NCBI GenBank assembly: GCA_951804945.1
Contig: OX638161.1
Location: 15,190,001-15,254,000, forward strand
Direction of reading: 5' to 3'
Length of the DNA stretch: 64,000 nt
Origin: Podarcis cretensis
Taxonomy: Eukaryota
Shown: in pieces, positions 35,095 to 46,282 of the stretch
Layout of the letters: each line of letters begins with the position of its first letter
Numbering within the stretch: position 1 is the stretch's first letter
Made by a program: the position numbers and the translations under genes
Notes under the pieces: model-generated
What the model was told of the DNA's origin: nothing
Database searches by the model: none
What the model saw: the letters and a program-made list of their open reading frames with translations, nothing else

Positions 35095-35828
35095 ATTCAA
35101 AGTGTTGGTGTTGACCTTTAAAGCCCTAAATGGCCTCGGCCCAGTATACCTGAGGAAGCGTCTCCATCCCCATTTTTCAGCCTGGACACTGAGATCCAGC
35201 GCCGAGGGCTGCGAGAAGTGAGGTTACAGGGAACCAGGCAGAGGGCCTTCTTGGTAGTGACACCCGCCCTGTGGAATGCCCTCCCATCAGATGTCAAGGA
35301 AATAAACAACTATCTGACTTTTAGAAGACATCTGAAGGCAGGCCTGTTTAGGGAAGCTTTTAATGCTTGATGTTTTATCATGTTTTTAATACAGTGGTAC
35401 CTCGCAAGACGAAATTAATTCGTTCTGTGAGTTTTTTCGTCTTGCGATTTTTTCGTCTTGCGAAGCATGGATTTTGGAAAAGCTTCAAAAATCACCAAAG
35501 TCTTCAAAAACCTCAAAAAAGGCTACCAAACCTCGTGCTATGAGCTGCTCCTCGAAGTCAAGTCGCAACTGCACCCCCTGAATGCACGGTTTTAAGAAAA
35601 AGGAAACAAACTTGCAAGACAAAGGAAACAAACTTGCAAGACGTTTTCGTCTTGCAAAGCAAGCCCATAGGGAAATTCGTCTTGCGAAGCAACTAAAAAA
35701 ACGAAAAACTCTTTCGTCTTGTGAGTTTTTCGTCTTACGAGGCATTCGTCTTGCGAGGTACCACTGTATTCTGTTGGGAGCCAGCCACAGTGGCTGGGGA
35801 AACCCAGCCAGATGGGCAGGGTATAAAT
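35095..35828 (+). mobile_element. L2-like LINE 3' fragment interrupted by a family 3 MITE (35392-35766)
   Basis: tttaaagccctaaatggcctcggcccag... to gggcagggtataaat; the MITE sits at a duplicated TA. Confidence 0.78.
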
Positions 35829-35910
35829 GATGATGTTGTTGTTGTTGTTGTTGTTGGGTGATCATGGACTTCTCTTTCTTTACCCTTGCTTTGTCCCCTT
35901 TCCTTCCCAG

Positions 35911-36046
35911 ATGAGATCCAAGCTATAGCTAACATAATTGAAAAACAGGCACAAATCGTGGTGAAGCCCAAAGAGGTCGCCAAGGAAGAGACACTACAGA
36001 AGGCTGCCCTCCTGGCACAGTATGCTGAGGTGACAGATGATGAGGA
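35911..36046 (+). CDS. CCDC43: CCDC43 exon 3 ([22 protein letters not shown]...[15 protein letters not shown])
   Basis: Strong pyrimidine tract with cag acceptor; ends at the U12 donor ATATCCTTT. Confidence 0.95.
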
Positions 36047-36146
36047 ATATCCTTTGTGCTGCAAATTCCCAAAGCATGTTGAATCTACTCTCTGGCTGGC
36101 TGATCCAGTAACTCAGGGGTTGGAGTCCATGGGTTCCATTCCCCCT

Positions 36147-36147
36147 C

Positions 36148-36184
<37 letters not shown>

Positions 36185-36228
36185 TGTTAGTTAGTTAGTT
36201 AGTTAGTAAGTAAGTAAGTAAGTAAGTA
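36147..36228. repeat. Compound (TAT)n-(GTTA)n-(GTAA)n microsatellite
   Basis: Read directly from the sequence. Confidence 0.95.
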
Positions 36229-36230
36229 TA

Positions 36231-36472
36231 CAGTGGTACCTCAGGTTACATATGCTTCAGGTTACATACACTTCAGGTTACAGACTCCGCTAACCCAGAA
36301 GTAGTACCTTGGGTTAAGAACTTTGCTTCAGGATGAGAACAGAAATTGTGCTGTGGCGGCGCGGCAGCAGCGGGAGGCCCCATTAGCTAAAGTAGTGCTT
36401 CAGGTTAAGAACAGTTTCAGGTTAAGAACGGACCTCTGAAACGAATTAAGTACTTAACCCGAGGTACCACTG
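36231..36472. mobile_element. MITE family 1
   Basis: TIRs with TA. Confidence 0.9.
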
Positions 36473-36551
36473 TACTTCCCTATGCCCATGGGTCTCAGGG
36501 AGGTCACAACATAAAATCACAATGTAAAAACACAGAATATATGTATATATA

Positions 36552-36585
<34 letters not shown>

Positions 36586-36912
36586 CAACCCAATAAACCT
36601 CCTCCTCCCCAACACATTTTAAAAGACCATTGGATGTCGGTCAGCCAAAGGTCTGTATGAAGAGGAATGTTTTTGCCTGGCGACAAAAGGTGTATAATGA
36701 AGGTGCCAGCCGAACCTCCCTAGGGAGAGCATTCCACAGACAGGGATTCACTGCAGAAAAGGCCCATTCTTTTGTTGCCAACCTCTGGACCCCGTAGAGG
36801 AGGTGCACGAAGAAGGGCCTCAAAAGATGATCCTGGGGTCCGCATTCCTATGGAGAGAGGCCCTTGAGGTCTTTATAGCCTGCTCTGCCCCATGAACTTA
36901 GTTTACAGTATA

Positions 36913-37153
36913 CAGTGGAACCTTGGTTCTCAAAGGGCTTAGTTGACGAACAAATCGGCTCCCAAATGCCAAAAACCTGGAAGTAAGTGTTCTGGTTTTC
37001 GAACTTTTTTTGGGAGCTGAACATCTGATGCGGCTGTCGGCTATTGTTTCTGGGTTGCCTGTGCCAATCGGAAGGCGCACCTTGGTTTTCGAACATTTCG
37101 GGAGTCGAACGGACTTCTGAAATGGATTAAGTTCGAGAACCAAGATTCCACTG
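36913..37153. mobile_element. Tc1/mariner-type MITE related to family 4
   Basis: TIR CAGTGGAA(C/T)CTTGGTTCTC. Confidence 0.8.
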
Positions 37154-37764
37154 CACATGCATATTTATAGTAAAGTTCTCTGCCTTGGACTGTAAGAACA
37201 TTCACTGTGGATCAGTGTGTGTATTATGGGTTAATGAGGGGTAATTAGAGATCTGAAACTCTCCCTTAAAACAGATTTCAACAACGGCAGTCCATCAGAT
37301 GGAAAATAGGTTTTTATTTCATTGCAGTATGCACCATTACATTGGCAGCCTGTGATTGTCACATATCCAGCTGGTGCGGACTGGCCAGGCAAACTAACAG
37401 AAACAATTGCTTTGAGATGAGTGCAAGTACCGATGACTTTCAAAACGGACTAGACACAATCATGAACGGCCGGTTTATTGTTGCCTATGAGCTGCGATGG
37501 CTAGGAATCTGATTGTCAGCTTCTGAGAAGAAGCAGAGGTTGGAGATCTCCATCTTGCCATACTACAAGCAAATATCTTCAGAATATTCTGGCAATGGGG
37601 AATCAGATTTCAGGATCTTGAACGGCTTCAGAGTCCTTTTTTTTTTTTTTTTTTTTTTTTGAGGTTGTGGTCATGCTGTCTCATCACCAGAACATCCCTC
37701 CCACCACAGCATTCCATATCACCCAAATCCTAATTAGTGACCAAATGCCCTTAACTCAGCGCAC

Positions 37765-37823
37765 TGAAGCAGATGGCGAAGATGATCCTGGGGCAGCAGC
37801 AGTGACCGTCAGTTCCGAAAAAT
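37765..37823 (+). CDS. CCDC43: CCDC43 exon 4 (EADGEDDPGAAAVTVSSEK)
   Basis: 59 nt between an AC acceptor and a GTATCCTT donor; frame consistent on both sides. Confidence 0.93.
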
Positions 37824-39045
37824 GTATCCTTACAAATAGGGTATTCCGAGGCCACACTATTATTAGTAATGTGAGATGGGGAACGTTGACTTATTTGAGA
37901 ACAAAAGTGGGGTAGTAATTGGCAGGGAATACTGTGTCTGAGGGGGTAGCAATTGTATATAGTATGGAATCTCTGGAAGGGAATCTTGGGAAGGCAAGGA
38001 TGAAACAATCTTACTGGGTGGTGATTGGGTTGCAAGCTGTAGATACTGAGTTATGGAGTCATTTTATATCTGCTTGTTAATAGGGGAAAAATCAGTTGGA
38101 TGCTGGTCGAGCTTGGTTTCATGTGTTTCTTGTAAGCTAAATTGGCTGGGTTACTGTAGCTCATACGACAAATATTACAGGTAATTTATATAGCACTTCC
38201 TAATCTCCAAGCTGCTATATAGTTTTCATTGTATTACCTCTCAATACAAGTGAGGTTGGTTGAGATAAAGTCAATGGAAATCAAGGGTATAGATGAGGAA
38301 AATGTGGGAATTGAATGCAGGGATCCCAGACTCTAAATCATGGGTTAGCAAACTAAGGCCTGGGGGCCGGATTCGGCCCAATTGCCTTCTGGATCCGGCC
38401 CACGGACGGTCCGGGAATCGCCACGTGGATCGGCATGGGGATTCTGATCGTTTGGGCTGTGCGATTCCCACCCCCCCTACACCATGGCAGCGCCTCCTCC
38501 CTCCCTCCTCCTGGCTTCTCCCCGCCCTGCCTAGAGGAGGAAGGGGGCTGGGCTTTGTTGAGCCAGGGTCGGCTGAGCACCATTTTAAGCAGCCCCTCTC
38601 TGGAGCAAGCCTTTTTGCGCCGCTTATTGTCCTGCCACCGCCATTCGCAAGGCACAGGTGCTGCGGTAGGCTGAGCGCTATTTAAAGCAGAGCAGCCCCT
38701 CTGGAGCCAGCCGTTTCATGCCGCTCATCGTCCCTCTGTGCCGCCAGTCCCTGCCGCTCACATGGCACAGGTAAGTATCCACCGGGGCTCGCCCGGTGCT
38801 GTGGAGAAGGGAGGGGAGATTCGTGGGGGGGATTTACCCCCCAAAAAAATATAGTCCAGCCCCCCACAAGGTCTTGGTGACAGTGGGCTGGCCCCCTGCA
38901 GAAAAAGTTTGCTGACCCCTGCTCTAAATCTTTCCATGAACTAGCTTTGGTCAGTTGTTTTGATGTGCCAGTCGCAGGAAGAATGATGCTCATAATTCTC
39001 TCTGTGTGTCGAGTTCCTTGTTCTCCTCAACTCCCTCCTTGTCAG
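37824..39045 (+). other. CCDC43: U12-type GT-AG intron of CCDC43
   Basis: 5' GTATCCTTA; branch TCCTCAAC at 39024-39031; AG at 39044-39045. Confidence 0.9.
38339..38921. mobile_element. hAT non-autonomous element
   Basis: CAGGGGTCAGCAAACT-type TIR; perfect 8-bp TSD ctctaaat. Confidence 0.88.
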
Positions 39046-39233
39046 CTCTGTTCAGAAACACAAACCTGGAAGCCGTTATGAATGCCCGGAAGCTGGAAAG
39101 AGAGCATCTGCGGGACGAGTCGCATCGGAAGAAGGAGCAAGACAAACTCCAGCGGGAGAAGGACAAGTTGGCTAAGCAAGAACGTAAGGAGAAAGAGAAG
39201 AAGAGAACACAGAAAGGCGAGAGGAAGCGGTAG
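39046..39233 (+). CDS. CCDC43: CCDC43 exon 5 ([19 protein letters not shown]...[11 protein letters not shown])
   Basis: Highly conserved basic coiled-coil C-terminus ending in TAG. Confidence 0.96.
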
Positions 39234-40059
39234 CGCGGAACTACAGCTGGACTCTTCTCTTTTCTTCCCTCCCCTCCGCTCTGTCTGTTATATGGCACAG
39301 CATGCACACAGACCCAGAGTGCTCAGAGGAAGGAATCCTTTCAAACACTTTGGTGTGTGTTGGCTTTCAAAGCTGCAAATCTGTCCTAGGCAAGGACTGT
39401 GGGGAGGGGTGAAGGGAGTCCTCTGAAGCACTGAAAGAAAACTACACACACATTTTTGTTGTCCAATTTGTTGGGCTCAGTGGTCGTGGCCAACATCTGT
39501 AACCAAAGAACTGTGTGGTGGCTGCCTTCCCCCTCCCTTCGTCACTTTCTATTTTTATTAACTACATATGGGGAACTGTATGGTTGAGGGAAATATTTGG
39601 AAACCCCTTTATTCACTCTAGCCAAAGGTTGCTTTTGGTTGGTGGAACTGTGAATGAAACCCAGTTTCCTACGTATGTACGCCAGGGAGAGGCAACACCC
39701 TTTATGAAGTTGAATTAAGAGCCTAGTGCAGCACCCATAATCTTCTGCAGCCAAGTGTCACCTAATTTTTGTTTCTTTTTCTTCTCATTTGGGGCTGGGC
39801 TAGTAAATCTCTGTAAACTTCAACAAGGTTGTATTATTGCTATCTAAGTAAAGTTCTGTGAATTTTATTAGCCCGTGACATGTTTGAATCCTTAGTTCTT
39901 TGTCATGTACTGCATTTGTAGCAGTAAAGCTGAGCTGAAATGGAGGTACATAGGGACCAAAGCTGTTTGTAACTGGTTGCTCACAGCCCAGAGTCTGTGA
40001 GAAAGGATAGTTTGCCAGGGTTAAAATTCCCAGTGAAAGGGAGAGGTGTGTGGATCCAT

Positions 40060-40220
40060 CACGGTGTTTCGTTGTGCCAGAAGCAGTTTAGTCATGCTGG
40101 CCACATGACCCGGAAAGCTGTCTATGGATAAACTATGGCTCACTCGGCCTGAAAAGATGAGCGCTGCACCCCATAGTCACCTTTGACTCGGCTTAACCGT
40201 CTAGGGGTCCTTTACCTTAC
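40060..40220 (+). mobile_element. Sauria SINE 3' fragment
   Basis: gtcatgctggccacatgacccggaa core and ggggtcctttacctt tail. Confidence 0.75.
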
Positions 40221-40260
40221 TCTTGGAAGATAGTGAAGCTAAGGGCCAGAGTGTCCAGAT

Positions 40261-40497
40261 TAGGGCTGGGCAATATTTGGTTTTCAACATTGTGATATAT
40301 CACAATGTCTGAAACAAGGATGGAGCTACGTAGAAGCATTGGCTGGCTTCACTGTTTCTCCCACATGGTGATTTCTGCATAGTGCGCAGACACACCATGA
40401 TTCGCAATATATTGCCAGGTCAAAAACAATGAAACCGTTAACATGATACAGACTCAAAATGGTTTTGGAAAATATATCAAGATATTGCCCAGTCCTA
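40261..40497. mobile_element. hAT MITE
   Basis: TIR TAGG(G/A)CTGGGCAATAT; perfect 8-bp TSD gtccagat. Confidence 0.88.
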
Positions 40498-41611
40498 GTC
40501 CAGATGAAGGACAATGGCAGAACAAGCAGGAGAATGAGTCCAGATGAAGGGTATATGACTAAGTTTAAACTGGAGGATCTTGTGGTGGTGCTTCCCTTTC
40601 CATCGTAAAGAGGAAGAATCTGCCTCATTCAGACTTAAGTTCTTATCAGGCCAGTCTTATTTTCTTTGAGAACTCTCTGGAAGAATTCTGAAGCTACTGG
40701 AAAAAAAGGAATCTGGGATTTTCAGTGAAGGAAAAGGAGGAACATCTGCCATCAGACTTGAGAAAACAGGTTCCTGGCACAATGTAGCCCTGGGTGGGAA
40801 TGAAACAGAGAGAGCTCGGCTGTTGTGGGGACGACCTACTTTGTTGAGAGACAAGTGGGACCAGGGAAATGGAGCAAATTGTCTAGTAGTAAAAGAACCT
40901 CCTACTCTTGGTTTGCCAAGGTCACATTCTGTCTTATAATTAATTAATTAATTAATTTTGTATACTGCCCTTCATCCAAAGATCACAGGGCGGTTCACAA
41001 TATAAAAATACAAAATGAGAAAATTCATAATAAACCAAGAACAAAAATTAGCCAATACCCCCCATTTAAAAGAACATGTTGTTTTATTAGCCAAAGGTCT
41101 GGGAGAAAAGGAATGTTTTCACCTGGCACCTAAAAATATGTAATGAAGGCAGCAGGCGAGCCTTCCAGGGGAGAGCATTCTACAAATGGAACCACCACAG
41201 AAAAGGCCCACTCTCTTGTTGCCGCCCTCTAGACCTCCCATGCAGGAGGCATACAAAGAAGGGCCTGACATGATGATCACAGTGTCTGGGTCAGTTCATA
41301 CAAGTAGAGGTTGTCCTTGAGGTATGAGGCGCCAAGGACATTATGTCTTGTTCATGAGGCACCTACTGAGCCCTCTGAAAACATGACCATCATTGACCTC
41401 CCTCCATCTTTGGTATGTGTTTGCGCTATCAAGGATGATTTCATTTATAGAAAGCTGTTTATTGCCAAGGGAAGGAAACTGCTTTCCGTAGGTGGATTAA
41501 GTTTGGTGAACAAGGAGTTGGAAGGAAAAATGGAAGACTCATTTCAAGTGGATTCTAGGGTGTTCCACATTATTGTATCAATAACTAAAGGTGGGCTATA
41601 TATACAGTAGT

Positions 41612-41943
41612 AAAAGGTAAAGGGACCCCTGACCATTAGGTCCAGTCATGGCCGACTCTGAGGTTGCGGCGCTCATCTCGCTTTATTGGCCGAGGGAACC
41701 GGCATACAGCTTGACTAAGCTGCTTCTGGTGAACCAGAGCAGCACACAGAAACACCGTTTACCTTCCCGCCAGAGCGGTACCTATTTATCTACTTGCACT
41801 TTGACGTGCTTTCGAACTGCTGGGTTGGCAGGAGCAGGGACCGAGCAATTGGCACTCACCCCGTTGTGGGGATTCGAACCGCTGACCTTCTGATCGGCAA
41901 GTCCTAGGCTCTGTGGTTTAACCCACAGCGCCACCCGCATCCC
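41612..41943 (-). mobile_element. Sauria SINE, subfamily A
   Basis: Near full length; flanking tacagtag repeat. Confidence 0.9.
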
Positions 41944-42516
41944 ATGTACAGTAGAGAAGGCACTTAATATCTGAATGACAACTAATAGATGGCATTCACA
42001 TGTCTTTGTAGGTGTAGCCCATAAAAGCCTGCCCAGGCATCTCATGGGTGATACTTACAGAGGGCATTCTGCCTTACAGATTTGAAGTTCTTTCTAATGT
42101 TGACTTTCAGACTTCTGGAAGCTTATAAATGTTACTTCAAAAAATGAAGTGGAAAGTATTGCCTTGTGTTCTAGTATGCAGCTGTCTATAATTTAGGTAC
42201 AGATTGACAGTTGTAGCCTCCAGTCTTCCAGAATGCCTGTTTAACCTCAGCACCTACATCTTCACAAGAAATGGCTTGCATGGTTTCTAAAAGTTGGTCA
42301 GATCGGACTTTTGTCAAGTTGTTTAAAAGGGAAGGCGTTCTATAATTGTGGTGACTCACGGTCAGTCTTGGAAATAGTGATAAAACAGAGAGGGACATGA
42401 TCTGCTATGGAGGCCTCAGGTTTGACATAAAACTCTTGATAGCAAGAGCCTGAATTACTTCCAAAGATAGGAATACAAACGTAGAAATTGTAGCATTCTT
42501 TTCAACAAAAAGCCAG

Positions 42517-42553
42517 TTTATTAGGCGAGAGTAAAGATAGTACAATATTTATT
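42517..42553 (-). terminator. Tandem AATAAA signals, probable MEIOC 3' end
   Basis: TTTATT on + at 42517-42522 and 42548-42553, ending a 1.4-kb AT-rich stretch after the stop codon. Confidence 0.6.
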
Positions 42554-43907
42554 TTCATAACATGTAACGTATCAATGTCAAAAGTCAACCCATCTTTGTG
42601 GCTACTATGGTATGGTGGTATGAGTCTGCTGCCTTATGAAGTTTATGTGGGCAGCATGGAAAGTCGTATCAATGATCAAAATGGTCCCCTACAGTTTCTC
42701 CTGCAATCTCAATCAGTCCCTTACATCATCTAAAGGCAATTTGTAGTTTGATTACACTTTTTAGCATACCGGGATTTCTAAAAGTTGGAAGAACACAGAT
42801 GTTTAAAATATCTGTGTACCTAACCAAGGGTAGATAAGTAAATTTTATCCAGACATTATGTATTTATCTTCATGCTAGATTGTTAAAACCCAAGATCTCC
42901 TGAGCCACATAATAACATGCTAATTGAATAAATTACTCACATACAATAAAAAGATCAGATATTAAGAAAAAAAACCAAGCATTCAACAGTGCTAAAGTAT
43001 GCAGAAGCAAACTAAGAAAACAAAATATACACCAAACAATCTCAAACCAAACTGGCTAAAGAGTTAACGTCAAAGAAAGTGCACTTCAGAACTTCTTGAT
43101 ACCCTCTTTAAAAGTAGTAAACCTAGGGTGTTAAAATATTCATTATTTCAGCTGCAGTGCAACTGCTAAAGGCTCAATTATATAAATGTAATTTTGATCA
43201 CATTTAAATACTTTTAACAGATAATATTGATATTATTTAAAATAGGTACAAATGATTTTTGCAAGTTTTTTTTAATGTTCCCTAACATGCATGGTTAGAT
43301 AATGGCTTTATATAATATCACTAATTTAAGAAAATCTGGTCAATTTCTTTTAGATTCTTAAGATTTCAAATTCATAAATAAGTATTTTTAAATATTTTCA
43401 TTTAACATTCATACTGGGTATGTTTAGCTTTGTTTCCTTCCTGTTTCCAGGTACTTATTGTCTAAAGAGAACAAATTCTTTTTCTATCACAATCAAAACT
43501 TATCTGTTACTAGACTGCACACAGTAACATGTGACAGTAATTCAAATTCATTATTTGAAAACAGAATTACTAACGAAATCTAAAAGAACTGTATCACACA
43601 GGCAGAATGATCATTGCATATGCCTGCACTGTAGAATGGATTTAAGTTCTACTTTGGCAGTTTAAAACTTTCTGATTTATTTAACATAACGTTAGATCTG
43701 CCCAGTCAATATATTGATTCTGATAACATCAAAGGCTTCTTGGCTTGCGTTAACAGCTACTCAGCAGGTAGCTGCTGGGTTTAGGATAAGCAAACTTCAG
43801 TTCACATATCTCTTTACTTTTAATTTGGAAGGAAAGCTTTAAAAGTTCATTTACAATATTTAGTACAGTGCTATAATGCATCCATATCTATTATCTCTAT
43901 TTTTTCC

Positions 43908-44186
<279 letters not shown>

Positions 44187-44657
44187 TCAAAATTGTGTAC
44201 TTTAGCACAGACAACTGCATTAATGTTTTGCTGCTTTCACTGGCTGTTGTACAAGAATAATTCCTGTCAGTTTGAACAGTGGTAGAAATGCAAGGTATGC
44301 AAATTATGAATGCCAAATGCACATTCTCTCCCTAAAGAACACAATCCACAAGGAACTTCTTCAAAGACTCAGTGAAGCAAAAAGGAACAGCTAAACAGCT
44401 AAACTTACATTTGTGTTTTTGCATACCTCCCATTATTTCAATAATCCATTTGCAAGAGATATTCAAGGAGATAAAGATTTCTGAGCTAATCAGTCAAGCA
44501 TAATGTGAATGAAGCAGCTTTCCCCTCAAGTCATGTAAACAATAACTGATAGTTGTCTTATAAAGGATAAACATCTCTTAGGGATGATGAAAGGCTGGGA
44601 AATCCTACTATTGGCAGGGCCTAGAGACTAAATTCTCTGTGAAGTCCCTTGTAAGTA

Positions 44658-44969
44658 CAGTGGTGCCCCGCAAGACGAATGCCTCGCAAAACGGAAAACC
44701 CGCTAGACGAAAGGGTTTTCCATTTTGGAGGCGCTTCGCAAAACAAATTTCCCTATGGGCTTGCTTCGCAAGACGAAATGTCTTGCGAGTTTTTCCGACT
44801 TTCCCCCCCCCTTTTTCTAAGCCGCTAAGCCGCTTATCTGCTTATCCACTAAGCTGATAAAATAGTGCTAATCCGCTAAGCCGTCAATGGGCTTGCTTCG
44901 CAAGACAAAAAAACCGCTAGACGAAGAGAATCGCGGAACGGATTCTTTTCGTCTTGCGAGGCACCACTG
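44658..44969. mobile_element. MITE family 3
   Basis: TIRs with TA; inverted relative to 28136-28474. Confidence 0.88.
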
Positions 44970-45131
44970 TAGTGAGTGCAGAAGACATCTGTGAGTACAA
45001 GTTCTCGCTCCTTAAAGGAGTTTGGCTCTCCTAATTCTCCTTAAGAAAGTGTGGTGGGGTGTTTTTTTCTGCATTCCACTAACATAATTCAGAGTGTTCC
45101 CATTACCACTGTTTCAGATGGTGGGTAAAAA

Positions 45132-45381
45132 CAGGGGTAGGCAACCTAAGGCCCGTGGGCCGGATGTGGCCCAATTGCCTTCTCAATCCGGCCTGCGAAC
45201 GGTCTGGGAATCAGCATGTTTTTACATGAGTAGAATGTGTGCTTTTATTTAAAATGCATTTCTGGGTTATTTGTGGGGCATAGGAATTCATTCATTTACC
45301 CCCTCAAAATATAGTCCAGCCCACCACACGGTCTGAGGGACGGTGGACTGGCCCATGGCTGAAAAAGGTTGCTGACCCCTG
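45132..45381. mobile_element. hAT MITE (same TIR class as 38339-38921)
   Basis: Perfect 8-bp TSD ggtaaaaa. Confidence 0.88.
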
Positions 45382-45503
45382 GGTAAAAAAGAACAGCACA
45401 AAAGAAGAACCAACGTACATGATGGAATACCACTCCTTAATTCCAGAAAACATTCTGGATTCATTGCATCAAGTAATCTGGCATCTCAACTCTGAATCTT
45501 GTA

Positions 45504-45729
45504 CAGTGGTATCTCGGGTTACATACACTTCAGGTTACAGACTTCGCTAACCCAGAAATAGTGCTTCAGGTTAAGAACTTTGCTTCAGGATGAGAACAGA
45601 AATCGTGCTCTGGCGGCGCGGCAGCAGCAGGAGGCCCCATTAGCTAAAGTGGTGCTTCAGGTTAAGAACAGTTTCAGGTTAAGTATGGACCTCTGGAACG
45701 AATTAAGTACTTAACCTGAGGTACCACTG
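45504..45729. mobile_element. MITE family 1
   Basis: TIRs with TA. Confidence 0.9.
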
Positions 45730-46063
45730 TACCAATGTTTAGCACTGTAATGAAAACCCAAAAGTGCCAGGGGAGACTTAGAGTATATGGCAGTAAGCTG
45801 ATTTAGCAGTCAATACACCATAGTCAAAAGAATTTGCTTGCACAGCAATTCTTGGATTGTAGTGCTCAAATCATTTACTCCAAAGCAGCCTTGGTGAAAT
45901 CCTACTGAATCTAATACTACTTTGGGAAATTGTTATTTAGTACACAATGTGCTTACTCTTTGCTAGGTGTGTAAATTTCAAACAAATATTAAACATGCCT
46001 CTCTTATTTGGGGCAAAAGCCCTAAAACGGCTCAAGGCAGAGAAACTGGGAGAACAAATATTA

Positions 46064-46282
<219 letters not shown>

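Larger units (their letters stand above)
36047..37764 (+). other. CCDC43: U12-type AT-AC intron of CCDC43
   Basis: 5' ATATCCTTT; branch CCCTTAAC at 37748-37755; terminal AC at 37763-37764. GA|T rejoins as Asp in frame. Confidence 0.95.
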
